Part shown: positions 38,001 to 48,535 of the stretch, piece by piece
Position numbering within the stretch: position 1 is the stretch's first letter
Layout: every line of letters begins with the position of its first letter
Assembly (NCBI GenBank): GCA_041498155.1
Contig: JBGQHV010000002.1
Location: 1-59,967, forward strand
Reading direction: 5' to 3'
From: Gemmatimonadota bacterium
Lineage (GTDB): Bacteria > Gemmatimonadota > Gemmatimonadetes > Gemmatimonadales > GWC2-71-9
DNA: 59,967 nt
Program-made: the position numbers and the translations under genes
Notes under the pieces: model-generated
The model's input: the letters and a program-made list of their open reading frames with translations, nothing else
Told to the model about the DNA's origin: nothing
The model's database searches: none

Positions 38001-39589
38001 CGCTCCGGGTGGTGGTCGCCGACAAGATGGCCCCCGTGGGCCTCGAGCTCCTGGCCCGCACCCCCGGTCTCGAGGTCGCCAACTGCGCGGGAAAGCCGCG
38101 CGAGGAGCTGGAGCGCGCGCTGCAAGGGGGCCACGCGCTGATCGTGCGCAGCGAAACCCGCGTGACCGCCGACCTCCTGAACCACGCGCCGCAGCTCCGC
38201 GTCATCGCCCGCGCGGGAATCGGCGTGGATACGATCGACGTCACGGCGGCGACGCGGCGCGGCATCGCGGTGATGAACGCCCCCGGCGCCAACACCGTGA
38301 GCGCGGCCGAGCACGCGATGGCGCTGCTGCTGGCCCTGGTGCGCCACATCCCGTGGGCCGCCGAGTCGATGCGGCGCGGCGAGTGGGACCGCAAGAAGTA
38401 CGAGGGCACCGAGCTGCGGGGCAAGACAATCGGGATCGTGGGCCTCGGGCGGATCGGCGGGCACGTGGCGGGCATCGCTCGGGCGTTCGGGATGACAGTG
38501 GTCGGGCACGATCCGTTTCTGCCGCCCGAGCGGGCGGCCGAGCTGCAGGTGAAGATTCTGCCGCTGGACCAGCTGCTCGCCACCGCCGACGTGGTGACGC
38601 TGCACGTCGCCTTGAGCGACCAGACGCGCCACCTGATCAACGCCGAGCGCTTCGCGCAGATGAAGAAGAGCGCGGTGCTCATCAACACCGCGCGCGGGGA
38701 GCTGGTGGACGAGGCGGCACTCGTGGCCGCCGTGACCGCCCAGCAGATCCACGGCGCCGCGGTGGACGTCTTCGCCCAGGAGCCGCTGCCCGCCGACTCG
38801 CCGTTGCGCAAGCTGGACCGCGTGATTCTCACCCCACACCTCGCCGCATCCACGGCGGAGGCGCAGGATCGCGTGTCGCAGGAGATCTGCGTGGCGGTGC
38901 GCGACGCACTGCTGGCGGGGGATCTCTCGACGGCCGTCAATGTCCCCGGCATCGGCGGCGATGTGCTGCGCCGCGCCGCGCCCCTCCTGGTCCTGGCCCG
39001 GCGTCTGGGCCGGCTCGCGGCGGGCCTCGCCCCGGGCGACGTCACCGGTGTCGAGGTGACCTACGGCGGCCGCGACGAGGAGGCGGCGCGGCCGGTGCTC
39101 GTCGCCGCCCTCGAGGGTCTCCTCGCCGGTCTGGGACTCGGGCCGGTGAGTCTCGTCAACGCCCCGGTGCTGGCCGAGGAGCGCGGCATCCGCCTCTCGC
39201 GGCGCAGCGGCGCGCCCGAGCCCGGGTTCGAGACGTCGATCGGGGTTGCGGTGGAATCGAGCCGGGGGCGCGCGCGCGTGGCCGGCGCCCTGGTGGGGAA
39301 CAGTCACGGCCGGGTCATCCGCATCGACGAGTACCACGTCGACGTGGCGCCGGAGGGCTGGCTGCTCGTGGTGAAGAACCGCGACGTGCCCGGCGTGATC
39401 GGGCGCGTGGGGACGATCCTCGGGGAATCGGGCGTGAACGTGGCCAGCTGGCACCAGGCCCGCGACGCGCGCGAAGGCGAGGCCCTCGCCGCGATCACCG
39501 TGGATCAGCCGCCGACCGACGCCGTGCGCCAGCGGCTCACGCAGCTCCCCGACATCCTCGAGCTCCGGGTCGCCCACTTCGGCGACTAG
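37997..39589 (+). CDS. serA: D-3-phosphoglycerate dehydrogenase (long form with ASB and ACT domains)
   Basis: The start is GTG 37997, overlapping the upstream stop (GTGA). Blocks are GIVGLGRIGGHVA, the NTARG motif in INTARGELVDE, and TPHLAASTAEAQ. A C-terminal ACT-like region reads LLVVKNRDVPGVIGRVGTILG. Confidence 0.9.
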   Translation: MTLRVVVADKMAPVGLELLARTPGLEVANCAGKPREELERALQGGHALIVRSETRVTADLLNHAPQLRVIARAGIGVDTIDVTAATRRGIAVMNAPGANTVSAAEHAMALLLALVRHIPWAAESMRRGEWDRKKYEGTELRGKTIGIVGLGRIGGHVAGIARAFGMTVVGHDPFLPPERAAELQVKILPLDQLLATADVVTLHVALSDQTRHLINAERFAQMKKSAVLINTARGELVDEAALVAAVTAQQIHGAAVDVFAQEPLPADSPLRKLDRVILTPHLAASTAEAQDRVSQEICVAVRDALLAGDLSTAVNVPGIGGDVLRRAAPLLVLARRLGRLAAGLAPGDVTGVEVTYGGRDEEAARPVLVAALEGLLAGLGLGPVSLVNAPVLAEERGIRLSRRSGAPEPGFETSIGVAVESSRGRARVAGALVGNSHGRVIRIDEYHVDVAPEGWLLVVKNRDVPGVIGRVGTILGESGVNVASWHQARDAREGEALAAITVDQPPTDAVRQRLTQLPDILELRVAHFGD

Positions 39590-39607
39590 GGGAGTGTGGC
39601 GAGGTCG

Positions 39608-39638
39608 GTGGAGGGTGGTAACCTTCACCACCCTCCAC
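39608..39638. terminator. hairpin between convergent serA and the OmpA-like gene
   Basis: GTGGAGGGTGGT-aaccttc-ACCACCCTCCAC forms a perfect 12-bp stem. There is no U tract. Confidence 0.55.
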
Positions 39639-39648
39639 ATCCTCCCCG

Positions 39649-41019
39649 CTAGTTCAAGCGGTGCAGCTCCACGCGGCGGTTCTTGGAGCGTCCCACTGCC
39701 GTCGCGTTCGTGTCCACCGGATCATCCGCGCCATAGCCACGCGCCACGACCTGCTCCGGCGGCACGCCCCGCTCGATCAGGTACCCGCGGACCGCGTCGG
39801 CCCGCGCCTGCGACAGTCGCAGGTTCGCGCCCGACGTGCCGCGGTTGTCGGTGTAGCCGGCCACTTCCACACGCTGGCCGGGATGCGCCTTGAGGCTCAC
39901 CACCAGGCGATCCAGCGCGCCGCGCGCCTGCGCGGTGAGCGCGGTGCGGCCCGTTTCGAAGCTCACGCCCTCCAGCACCAGCGTCCGCTCCGCACCGGCG
40001 AACAGTGCCGGACAGCCGATCGAATCCACCCGCTCGCCGCCGGGGGTCCCGGGGCACTTGTCGTTCGGATCCAGCACGCCGTCGGCGTCCGAGTCCTTGG
40101 GTGGCGGGCATCCCGTGGCGTCGACGATCGCGCCCTGGGTGGTGCCGGGGCACTTGTCCACGGAGTCGATGATGCCGTCGCCGTCGGAGTCCCGTGGGCA
40201 TCCGGCCGCATCCACGGCCTCGCCCGGGGCGGTATTGGGACAGCGATCGAGCGAATCGATCACGAGATCGCCATCGGCATCCTTGGGCAGCGAGCACCCG
40301 CGGGTGTCCACCGCGTCGCCCCCCGGGGTCCCGGGACAGGCGTCGAGTCGATCGAGGATGCCGTCCTTGTCCGAGTCCTTGGGCAGGGCGCAGCCGCGGT
40401 CGTCCACCGGCTCCCGCGGTGGCGTCGCGGGACACGAGTCCAACCGGTCCACGATCCCGTCGCCATCGGAGTCCTTCGGGTGCGAGCGGCCCAGCACCGC
40501 GGCGAGCCCGGCCTGGACGGTGAAGTTCCAGTTATTCGGGACCCCGGCGCTCTGATTCCGGGGTGATGGGATGAAATCCTCCACGGCTTCGATCCGCAGA
40601 CCCAAGGACGGTCCCATCCCGAAGCGCAACCCGAACAGGCCGCTGACCCCGTCGTCCGAGACGTTGGCGGTCTTGCCGTAGACGTTGTGCACGTACCCAC
40701 CGCCCAGCAGCACGGAAACCGGCCCGGCGATCGGCCGGGCGTACACGAGACGGGCGTGCAGGGGAATCAGCGTGCTGTTCGGGGTCAGGGGTCCGGTGGT
40801 GGTCAGATACCCGCCCGTCCCTTCGATCGCGAGCCCCGGAGCGACGAACACGCCGAGCCACCCGCCGCCTCCGAATGCGTTGTCCAGCCCGAGCGAGCGG
40901 TCGAACCGCGTGTAGCGTCCGAACCCGCCGATCTCGAGCGCGCCTGCGTCCTGGGCCGCGAGTCCCGCGGATGCGAGCGCGGCCAGTATGGCGACTGCCG
41001 CCGGAATGCGAGAGCGCAT
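39649..41019 (-). CDS. OmpA-family protein: N-terminal beta-barrel, five thrombospondin type-3 (TSP3) calcium-binding repeats, C-terminal OmpA peptidoglycan-binding domain (copy 1)
   Basis: AGGAGG lies upstream of the ATG and a signal peptide is present. The repeats follow KDSDGDGxxDxxDxCPxTPxGxxVDxxGC. The OmpA_C block is VEVAGYTDNRGTSGANLRLSQARADAV...NRRVELHRLN. Confidence 0.85.
   Translation of the reverse strand: MRSRIPAAVAILAALASAGLAAQDAGALEIGGFGRYTRFDRSLGLDNAFGGGGWLGVFVAPGLAIEGTGGYLTTTGPLTPNSTLIPLHARLVYARPIAGPVSVLLGGGYVHNVYGKTANVSDDGVSGLFGLRFGMGPSLGLRIEAVEDFIPSPRNQSAGVPNNWNFTVQAGLAAVLGRSHPKDSDGDGIVDRLDSCPATPPREPVDDRGCALPKDSDKDGILDRLDACPGTPGGDAVDTRGCSLPKDADGDLVIDSLDRCPNTAPGEAVDAAGCPRDSDGDGIIDSVDKCPGTTQGAIVDATGCPPPKDSDADGVLDPNDKCPGTPGGERVDSIGCPALFAGAERTLVLEGVSFETGRTALTAQARGALDRLVVSLKAHPGQRVEVAGYTDNRGTSGANLRLSQARADAVRGYLIERGVPPEQVVARGYGADDPVDTNATAVGRSKNRRVELHRLN
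40012..40479 (-). repeat. five in-frame TSP3 coding repeats (22-27 codons each)
   Basis: Amino acids 181-336 of copy 1 contain five units anchored on KDSDGDG, KDSDKDG, KDADGDL, RDSDGDG and KDSDADG. Each is followed by a CP...GC cysteine pair. Confidence 0.8.
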
Positions 41020-41140
41020 GGCGGCCTCCTTTCCGAAGTGGAGTGAACGACTGGCGGGTGTACCCCAGATGCGTTCGGAGGAGTCGCGCTCGACAGGCGG
41101 GCCGACGACGCGTGATGTGGGTCACGAACAGCGCGGTTAT

Positions 41141-41171
41141 CGAGGATGGTGGAGGATTTCCACCATCCTCG
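41141..41171 (-). terminator. hairpin after OmpA-like copy 2
   Basis: CGAGGATGGTGGA-ggatt-TCCACCATCCTCG forms a perfect 13-bp stem. Its position relative to the stop codon matches the hairpin after copy 1. Confidence 0.55.
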
Positions 41172-41183
41172 ACCAACCTCCCG

Positions 41184-42560
41184 CTAGTTGAGGCGGTGCA
41201 GCTCCACGCGCCGGTTGCGTGCGCGACCGGCCGCGGTGACGTTGGAGGCGATCGGGTTCGCGGATCCGAAGCCCCGCGCCGTCAGCTGGACCGGATCGAC
41301 CCCCTGCCGGATCAGATACGCGCGGACCGCGTCGGCGCGCGTCTGGGACAGCCGCCGGTTCGCGGCCAGGCCGCCGCGACTGTCGGTGTAGCCGGCGATC
41401 TCCACGCGCAGGTCGGGGTGGCCGCGCAGGCTCGTGGCGACCCGATCGAGCGTGTTGTGCGATTGGTCGGTGAGGTTGGTGCTTCCTGTTTCGAAATTCA
41501 CGCCTTCGAGCACCAGGGACCGCTGCACGCCGGTGAACAGCACCGGACAGCCGAGCGCGTCCACGCGTTGCCCCGGCGGGGTCCCGGGACACCTGTCGGC
41601 GGGATCCAGCACACCGTCTTTGTCGGCGTCTTTCGGGATCGTGCACCCCACCGCGTCCACCTGCTCTCCCGCCGGTGTGTTGGGGCACTTGTCGGTCGCG
41701 TCGAGAACGCCGTCATGGTCTCCATCCAGCGGGCAACCGGCGGCGTCCACCCGCTCGCCGGCCGGCGTCGCCGGGCAGCGGTCGTTCGTATCCACGACGC
41801 CATCGCCGTCGGCATCCTTGGGGAGGCTGCACCCGTTGGCGTCCACCTGGTCGCCGGTCGGTGTGTTGGGGCAGCGGTCGCCCGCATCGGCGATGCCGTC
41901 CGCGTCCGCATCCTTGGGGAGCGTGCATCCCCGGCCGTCCACGGCGTCGCCCCGGGGAGTGCTGGGGCAGGCGTCGGCACCGTCCACCACGCCGTCGTGG
42001 TCGCTGTCCTTGGGCGTCGCGGCGCCCCCGCCGGTTTGAAATCCCAGTCCCGCCTGCAGCGAAAAGTCCCAGTTGTCCTGGACGCCCGCACCGCCGTTGA
42101 GCGGCGAGGGGAAATAGTCGGCCACGGCTTCCACCCGCCCCGCGACCTGCCGGCCCAGCATGAAGCGCACGCCGAACAGGCCGTTCGCCCCGTCCTCCCA
42201 CGCACTGAAACTCTTGCGGTACTGCTGGTGCACGTACCCTACGCCGAACAGGACGGCGGACCGGGCCGCGACGGGCCTCGCATACAGCAGCCGGGCGTGG
42301 ATCGGGACGACGGTGACGCTCCCCGACGCGGCGGACCTGGTGGAGAGCACGGCCGCCGAGCCCTCGAGCGCCAGGCCGCGGGCGAAGAACACGTCGAGTT
42401 GGCCGCCGATGCCCAGCGCGTCGTCGAAAACGAGCGAGGGATCGAAGTGGGTGAACCGCACAAACGCGCCCAGCGCGATGGTGCCCGGGCGCTGCGCGAC
42501 GACCGGAGACGAGGCGAGGGTCGCCAGGGCGATGACGGCCGCCGGAATGGGCACCCGCAT
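41184..42560 (-). CDS. OmpA-family protein with five TSP3 repeats (copy 2, paralogue of 39649..41019)
   Basis: The architecture is the same and the protein is colinear with copy 1. Both end identically in NRRVELHRLN. AGGAG lies upstream of the ATG. Confidence 0.85.
   Translation of the reverse strand: MRVPIPAAVIALATLASSPVVAQRPGTIALGAFVRFTHFDPSLVFDDALGIGGQLDVFFARGLALEGSAAVLSTRSAASGSVTVVPIHARLLYARPVAARSAVLFGVGYVHQQYRKSFSAWEDGANGLFGVRFMLGRQVAGRVEAVADYFPSPLNGGAGVQDNWDFSLQAGLGFQTGGGAATPKDSDHDGVVDGADACPSTPRGDAVDGRGCTLPKDADADGIADAGDRCPNTPTGDQVDANGCSLPKDADGDGVVDTNDRCPATPAGERVDAAGCPLDGDHDGVLDATDKCPNTPAGEQVDAVGCTIPKDADKDGVLDPADRCPGTPPGQRVDALGCPVLFTGVQRSLVLEGVNFETGSTNLTDQSHNTLDRVATSLRGHPDLRVEIAGYTDSRGGLAANRRLSQTRADAVRAYLIRQGVDPVQLTARGFGSANPIASNVTAAGRARNRRVELHRLN
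41547..42014 (-). repeat. five in-frame TSP3 coding repeats
   Basis: Amino acids 183-338 of copy 2 contain units anchored on KDSDHDG, KDADADG, KDADGDG, LDGDHDG and KDADKDG. Confidence 0.8.
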
Positions 42561-42580
42561 GCGGACTCCTTTCGCCGGTG

Positions 42581-44734
42581 TCAGGTGGCGCCTTCCGGTG
42601 TGAGCTCCGGTCCGGCGAACGGCTCGGGCGGGGTGGGCGGCAGCGGGGTGACCGGCGGCTCGGTCACGGGTTCCGCCACGATGCGGAACGTCTTCACCGC
42701 TCCCTGCAGCCGGTCGGCCGCCTCGGCCAGCTGATTGGCGGAGGAGGCGATCTCCTGCGTGGACGCCGATTGCTGTTCGCTCGAGGCGGCGATCTCCTGC
42801 GCCGACGCGAGCAGCCCATCGGTTCCCATCGCCACCGCCGTGAGCCGGGCGGCGATCTCGTCCACCAGGCGGCGCACCTCGACCGCCGAAGTCGCGATCT
42901 CCTGGCTCCAGGCGTCGTTCGCCTCCGCCTCGCCGCTCACCGTCGCGAGGCCCTGGGCCGCGGTCTGGGCGGCCTCGCGCACCACGACCCCGGTCTTGGC
43001 CAGTCGCTGCAGCCGGTCGCGCGTCTCCTGCGCGCGGGTGAGTACGCTGCGCACCGTGTCGGCGGTCTCCGTCGCCGCCGCGGCGGCGAGCGAGGCCAGT
43101 TTGCGCACCTCGTCTGCCACGACGGCGAACCCGCGGCCCTGCGGACCGGCGCGCGCGGCCTCGATGGCGGCGTTGAGCGCCAGCATGTTGGTCTGCGTCG
43201 CCACCGCCTTCGCCTGGCCCACGAACTTCTGGATCTGCGCCGACGAGGCCGCGAGGGCGTCGGCCTCCTCCGCGCCACGCTCCACGTCCTCGGCGAGCTG
43301 GGTGAGCTGGGTGATGCTCTGGTCCAGCAGCTCCCGGTGGTGGCGGGCCAACGCGGCGAGCTCGGCGTTGCGGCGCACCGAGTCCTCCGCGCCTCCGGCC
43401 AGGGCGGTGGCGATCTGGAGAATCCGCCCGGCATCGTCTGCGGCGGCCCGCACCAGCTGGGCCTGCTCGGCCGCACGCTTCGTGAGATCCTGCGTGGTGG
43501 AGGTCATTTCCTCGGTCGACGCGCTCATCTGCTGCGTCGCCGCCGAGATCTCGGCCGCCATCGCGGCCGACTCGTCGGCCGCCGAGCGGATCGCTCCGAC
43601 CAGCCGGCGCAGCGCCGCCACCATCGCGTGGACTGACGTGAGAAGGCTGCGTGCCTCCACGGACTCACCAGTATCGGCGATCAGGTCCACAGTCAGGTCT
43701 CCGGCGGCGACCCGGCTGGTAACCGCCGCGGCCGCGCGCACCGGCTCAGTGACCTGGCGGTCCATCCAGCGTACCAGCATGAGCAACAGACCGATTGTGA
43801 GGACCAGGAGTCCCGCGGCGCCTCCCCAGATCGCCCGCTCGGTGCGCCGGGCGGTCGCGTACGCCAGCGCGGTCGGACGCCGGTACAGGGCGCGCCAGCG
43901 CCCCCCATTGGCCGGGACCGAAACCAGGATCTCCTCACCGCGGGACCCGTTCACGATCGTGGCCACTCCGCTGTCGACGGCCGGGCGCTGGTTCTCCGGA
44001 AGCCGCTCGAGCGTCGCGGAGGCCAGCAGGAGACCCTGGGAGTCCACCAGCTGCAAGGTCGCGCTGTCTCCCGCGCTGGCCGTCGCGAGCAGCCCGCGCA
44101 GGGTATCGAGCCCGAACGCCGCTTTGAGCACGCCCACCGGGCGGGCGCTCGTACCGGAGCGGATCGCGATGTCGAACTCCATCGCGGGCGCCCGGGCGGA
44201 CGAATCATAGTGGACGCCGCTCTCGAACGCGCCCTCCCGCATCGCCACCTGCCACCACTCCTCGTCCTGTTGCGCCAGGTCGGACGGCCGGTCGGAGCCG
44301 AGTACCGCGTACCCGTGCGCTTCGGTGAAAAACACCTCGACCAGCTCGGAGCGGTCCGGGAATCCGCGGAGAAACGCCTGTAGCTCCGGGTCGCCGCCCA
44401 GCTGGCGCGTCCCGGCGTACTGACGCTCGGCGTCGGCGATCGACAGCCGATCCAGCCGGCGCGCCGTCACCTGCTGCGTCGCACTGCGGGCGGCGTTGAT
44501 GATCGGAGGCAGGCTGGCGAGCAGCTCGGCCTGGTGGCGGAGTTCGTGGAGGTATCCGTCGGTGAGCGCGGCGGCGGTCCGAGCCGTCTCCACGCCATGA
44601 CGATTCGCTACGTCTTCGAGGGTCTGCCGGGCGCTGCGACCCAAAAACAGGCCGAGCACGATGGTCAGTGCGGCCGCGATGACCACCCCGAGGAGGAGGA
44701 ACGACCGACTGAGGTAGTGCGAACGCGTCGCCAT
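42581..44734 (-). CDS. methyl-accepting chemotaxis protein (periplasmic sensor domain, HAMP, MCP signalling domain)
   Basis: The track ORF 42581..45364 runs antisense into leuS. From the ATG at 44734 the product starts [31 protein letters not shown]. There is a second TM plus HAMP ([15 protein letters not shown]). The conserved signalling hairpin reads [35 protein letters not shown]. Confidence 0.85.
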   Translation of the reverse strand: MATRSHYLSRSFLLLGVVIAAALTIVLGLFLGRSARQTLEDVANRHGVETARTAAALTDGYLHELRHQAELLASLPPIINAARSATQQVTARRLDRLSIADAERQYAGTRQLGGDPELQAFLRGFPDRSELVEVFFTEAHGYAVLGSDRPSDLAQQDEEWWQVAMREGAFESGVHYDSSARAPAMEFDIAIRSGTSARPVGVLKAAFGLDTLRGLLATASAGDSATLQLVDSQGLLLASATLERLPENQRPAVDSGVATIVNGSRGEEILVSVPANGGRWRALYRRPTALAYATARRTERAIWGGAAGLLVLTIGLLLMLVRWMDRQVTEPVRAAAAVTSRVAAGDLTVDLIADTGESVEARSLLTSVHAMVAALRRLVGAIRSAADESAAMAAEISAATQQMSASTEEMTSTTQDLTKRAAEQAQLVRAAADDAGRILQIATALAGGAEDSVRRNAELAALARHHRELLDQSITQLTQLAEDVERGAEEADALAASSAQIQKFVGQAKAVATQTNMLALNAAIEAARAGPQGRGFAVVADEVRKLASLAAAAATETADTVRSVLTRAQETRDRLQRLAKTGVVVREAAQTAAQGLATVSGEAEANDAWSQEIATSAVEVRRLVDEIAARLTAVAMGTDGLLASAQEIAASSEQQSASTQEIASSANQLAEAADRLQGAVKTFRIVAEPVTEPPVTPLPPTPPEPFAGPELTPEGAT

Positions 44735-44800
44735 GGCGGGTCGAATCGCTAAGGTATGACGCGTGACACGAGCGGGCAAGCCTGTGTAGCTTCCCGCGAT

Positions 44801-47209
44801 ATGCACGATGTCCCGACGTACGATCCGGCCGCGGTGGAGGAGACCTGGCAGGCTCGCTGGGTCGAGCGCCACACCAACGAGCCCGACCTCGACCGGCCGG
44901 CGCGGCCGTTTTTCAATCTCATGATGTTCCCCTACCCGTCGGCCGAGGGCCTGCACGTGGGGAACATGTTCGCGTTCACCGGCGCCGACATCTTCGGGCG
45001 CTTCCAGCGGCTCCAGGGCCACGACGTGTTCGAGCCGATGGGCTTCGACGCGTTCGGCATCCACTCGGAGAACTACGCCCTCTCGGTCGGGACGCATCCC
45101 GGCAAGCTGATCCCGCGCAACATCGACACGTTCCGGCGCCAGCTGCGCCGCTTCGGCGGCATGTTCGACTGGCGGCACGAGCTGTCCACCACCGATCCCG
45201 CGTACTACAAGTGGACGCAGTGGCTCTTCCTGCAGCTCTTCAACGCGAAGCTCGCCTACAAGAAGCGCGCGGCGGTCAACTGGTGCCCCAAGGACAAGAC
45301 CGTGCTCGCCAACGAGCAGGTGATCAACGGCCGCTGCGAGCGCTGCGACACGCCGGTGGAGCAACGCTCTCTCGATCAGTGGTTCTTCAAGATCACCGAG
45401 TACGCCGAGCGTCTGCTCCGCAATCTCGACACCCTCGATTGGTCCGATTCCACGCTCGCACTACAGCGCAACTGGATCGGGAAGAGCGAAGGGGCGGAGC
45501 TCGTGTTCCGGACGCCGGCGGGCCAGGCGATCACGGTATTCACCACCCGGCCCGATACCGTGTTCGGCGCTACGTACCTCGTCCTCGCGCCGGAGCACCC
45601 GCTGGTAGAGGCCCTCACGGCGGCCGAGCAGCGCGCCGATGTGCGCGCCTACCAGCGCCAGGTGCAGTCCAAGGACGTCGTGTCGCGCCGCGTCGGCGAC
45701 CGGGAGAAGACCGGGGTGTTTCTCGGCTCCTACGCCCGCAATCCTGCCACCGGCGACGCGGTGCCGATCTGGATCGGCGACTACGTGCTGATGGAATACG
45801 GCACCGGCGCGATCATGGCGGTGCCGGCGCATGACGATCGCGACCACGAGTTCGCCACGCAGTTCAAGCTCCCGATCCGCCAGGTCGTGCGCGTCGAAGG
45901 GGAAACGCTTCCGTTTGTGTCCGAGGACGGATTGCTGATGAATTCGGGGCGATTCGACGGGCGGCCCTGCCGGGACGGCGGCAGGGAGATCGTGGCGTGG
46001 CTCGCCGCACAGCAGGTCGCGACGCCGCGGGTGCAGTATCGGCTGCACGACTGGTGCATCTCGCGCCAGCGCTACTGGGGGCCGCCGATTCCGATCATCT
46101 ATTGCGATCGCTGCGGGCCGGTCGGCGTGCCCGAGCGCGATCTCCCGGTGCTGTTGCCCCCGTTCGAGGATTTCCGCCCCGACGACAGCGGCGTGTCGCC
46201 GCTCGCGCGCCACACCGAGTGGTACAACGTGCCCTGCCCGCAGTGCAGCGCGCCGGGCCGGCGCGAGACCGACGTGTCCGATACGTTTCTCGACTCGTCG
46301 TGGTACTACCTGCGCTATCCGTCGACGGAGTTCGACGATCGGCCGTTCGACCCCGATCGCACTCGCACCTGGCTGCCGGTGACGACCTACATCGGCGGCA
46401 ACGAGCACGCCGTGCTGCATCTGCTCTACTCGCGCTTCATCACCATGGTGCTGAAGGACCAGGGGCGGGTGTCGTTCGAGGAGCCGTTCCCCAAACTCCG
46501 GGCGCACGGCCTCATCGTGAAGGACGGCGCGAAGATGTCGAAGTCACGCGGCAACGTCGTGATCCCCGATGCCTACATCAAGCAATGGGGCGCCGACACG
46601 TTCCGCATGTACCTGATGTTCCTGGGGCCGTTCCAGGAAGGCGGGGATTTCCGGGATGAGGGCATCACCGGCGTCCGCCGCTTTCTGGAAAAAGTATGGG
46701 CCCTCGCCCACGAGGCCGTCCGGACCGCTGACGGACGCCTGCCGGAAGCGGTCGAGCGCAAGCTGCACCAGACGATCCGCAAGGTGACCACGGATACGGC
46801 GACGCTCGGCTACAACACGGCGATCGCCGCCATGATGGAGTACGTGAACGTCATCCGGGAGCACGGGGCGGGGAGCCGGGGAGCGATGCGACCCCTCATT
46901 CTCATGCTCGCCCCCTACGCGCCGCACCTCGCCGAGGAGCTCTGGGTCTTGCTCGGCGGCACCGGCCGGTCGGTGTTCGACGAGCGCTGGCCTTCGTATG
47001 ACGAGCGGCTGGCTGAGGCAGGGGATGTGGAAATTGCGGTACAGGTGAACGGCAAGCTGCGCGCCCGCCTCGCGCTTCCCCGCGGCGCCTCGCAGGACGA
47101 CGTGGTCGCACGGGCGCTCGCCGAGGAGGGGGTGAAGAAGTTCGTGGACGGGAATCCGGTGAAGAAGGTCGTCTACGTGCAGGATCGGCTGGTGAACCTA
47201 GTCGTGTGA
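44801..47209 (+). CDS. leuS: leucine--tRNA ligase
   Basis: Blocks are [12 protein letters not shown] (HIGH-type), the CP1 editing domain and KMSKSRGN (KMSKS). I prefer ATG 44801 ([20 protein letters not shown]) over the track start at 44756, based on the family N-terminal pattern. Confidence 0.93.
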   Translation: MHDVPTYDPAAVEETWQARWVERHTNEPDLDRPARPFFNLMMFPYPSAEGLHVGNMFAFTGADIFGRFQRLQGHDVFEPMGFDAFGIHSENYALSVGTHPGKLIPRNIDTFRRQLRRFGGMFDWRHELSTTDPAYYKWTQWLFLQLFNAKLAYKKRAAVNWCPKDKTVLANEQVINGRCERCDTPVEQRSLDQWFFKITEYAERLLRNLDTLDWSDSTLALQRNWIGKSEGAELVFRTPAGQAITVFTTRPDTVFGATYLVLAPEHPLVEALTAAEQRADVRAYQRQVQSKDVVSRRVGDREKTGVFLGSYARNPATGDAVPIWIGDYVLMEYGTGAIMAVPAHDDRDHEFATQFKLPIRQVVRVEGETLPFVSEDGLLMNSGRFDGRPCRDGGREIVAWLAAQQVATPRVQYRLHDWCISRQRYWGPPIPIIYCDRCGPVGVPERDLPVLLPPFEDFRPDDSGVSPLARHTEWYNVPCPQCSAPGRRETDVSDTFLDSSWYYLRYPSTEFDDRPFDPDRTRTWLPVTTYIGGNEHAVLHLLYSRFITMVLKDQGRVSFEEPFPKLRAHGLIVKDGAKMSKSRGNVVIPDAYIKQWGADTFRMYLMFLGPFQEGGDFRDEGITGVRRFLEKVWALAHEAVRTADGRLPEAVERKLHQTIRKVTTDTATLGYNTAIAAMMEYVNVIREHGAGSRGAMRPLILMLAPYAPHLAEELWVLLGGTGRSVFDERWPSYDERLAEAGDVEIAVQVNGKLRARLALPRGASQDDVVARALAEEGVKKFVDGNPVKKVVYVQDRLVNLVV

Positions 47210-47213
47210 ACGA

Positions 47214-48374
47214 TCAGAGCAGCTTCGCCACCAGGCCCCCGACGAAGTACCCGACCGCCGCTACGCCCAGTCCCACCACAAACATGTCGATGCCGCTCCG
47301 GAACACCCCCCGGCCGGTGAAAAAGCTGCGGGCGCCGCCCACCGCGAAGTGCGAGGCCATCGCCACCCCGAACGCCGTCCATGCCGCCGCCCGCCCCGAG
47401 AGCACGAGGAACGGGGCCACCGGGATGAACGCGCCGACGGCCGTGGCGACGCCGGTCACCCAGCCCTCCCGCAGCGGGGTGCTGCGCGCCTCGCCGATCT
47501 TCAGCTCTTCACGCACGCTCTCCTCCAGCGCGCGGGCCGGATCGCGCATCACCTGGGCCGCCATTTGCCGCGCCCGGTCTTCCTCGATCCCCTTGGCCTC
47601 GTAGACCAACGCCAGCTCCTCGGCTTCGACCTCGGGCATCAGCCGGATCTCTTCCTTTTCCATGGCGATTTCGTGGGCGTATACCTCTTGCTCGCTCTTC
47701 GCCGCGAGGTAGCCGGACGATCCCATAGAGAGCGCGTCGGCGATCATCCCCGCGACTCCGGAGATCAACACGACGTGCGGCGCGGCGGCGGCGCCGATCA
47801 TACCCGCGACCAGGCCAAAATTGGCGGTGAGGCCGTCGTTGAATCCGTAGACCACATTGCGCAGGAACCCACCCGATCCGGTCTGATGCCACGGCTCGGC
47901 GCTGCCGCCGCCGTCGACGAGGCCGGCGAGCGTCCCCGCGTGCTCCGCCGATTCCTTGGCGAGGGTCAACGACACCGCGCGGGCGGCTTCACCCGAGGAG
48001 TCCCGGTGCAGGTCGATGTAGCCCTTCACCTCGCGCCCTTCTTCCCGCAGCAACAGCGGCAGCAGGTAGCCCGGCCCGAAGCGCCGCCCGAGCCAGGCCA
48101 TCACCCGGGCGTTCAGCGACGGCGGGGAGCCGCCGGCGGCCACCGGATGCCCCTGGTCGCCGAGCAGCGTGGCCCAGAGCTCGGTATGGCGCCGCTCGAC
48201 GGCAGCCAGTTTCTCGTAGGTGGAGCGTTTCTTGGGGTCGGGTTCGACGCTCGCCAGAACCGTATAGAGGAAGGCGGCGTCGGATTCGTCGCGATAGTGA
48301 TGGAGCCAGGTCTTGAGCTCAGGGGACGGCATGGTCTGGAAGATAGAGCTTCGGAGCCTAACCTCCAAGTACAT
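47214..48374 (-). CDS. VIT1/CCC1-family iron/manganese transporter with an N-terminal ferritin-like (rubrerythrin-type) domain
   Basis: The N-terminal domain has DESDAAFLYTVLA...LAAVERRHTELW. The C-terminal VIT1 membrane domain has VYGFNDGLTANFGLVAGM...GARSFFTG. The start could instead be the ATG at 48332. Confidence 0.75.
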   Translation of the reverse strand: MYLEVRLRSSIFQTMPSPELKTWLHHYRDESDAAFLYTVLASVEPDPKKRSTYEKLAAVERRHTELWATLLGDQGHPVAAGGSPPSLNARVMAWLGRRFGPGYLLPLLLREEGREVKGYIDLHRDSSGEAARAVSLTLAKESAEHAGTLAGLVDGGGSAEPWHQTGSGGFLRNVVYGFNDGLTANFGLVAGMIGAAAAPHVVLISGVAGMIADALSMGSSGYLAAKSEQEVYAHEIAMEKEEIRLMPEVEAEELALVYEAKGIEEDRARQMAAQVMRDPARALEESVREELKIGEARSTPLREGWVTGVATAVGAFIPVAPFLVLSGRAAAWTAFGVAMASHFAVGGARSFFTGRGVFRSGIDMFVVGLGVAAVGYFVGGLVAKLL

Positions 48375-48535
48375 AACTATTTAGGTGCGCCGTGCACGGT
48401 GCGCGGTATTATTCGGCCCCTGGCGGGTCACCGGCTCCGGATGGTGAATGCGAGCCGCCGAAAACCGCGCACGGCGCACTGCGTACGGTGTTGCTGCGAC
48501 CTTTCCCGGCGAGCCGGCATCATTAACAACGACCG

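Noticed and set aside
44756-44800. Track start of leuS at 44756 ([15 protein letters not shown]...)
   Set aside because: The extra 15 residues have no counterpart in LeuS N termini. This start would leave only 21 nt to the divergent MCP start. ATG 44801 gives the family-typical [20 protein letters not shown]. The choice remains unverified.
48375-48535. yybP-ykoY (Mn) riboswitch or Fur box upstream of the VIT1-family gene; ECF autoregulatory promoter upstream of the sigma gene
   Set aside because: The reverse-complemented leader shows none of the conserved riboswitch segments I remember. No GATAATGATAATCATTATC-like Fur box is present. No convincing GGAAC-N16/17-CGTC ECF promoter is present either. 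Only the 10-bp palindrome is reported.
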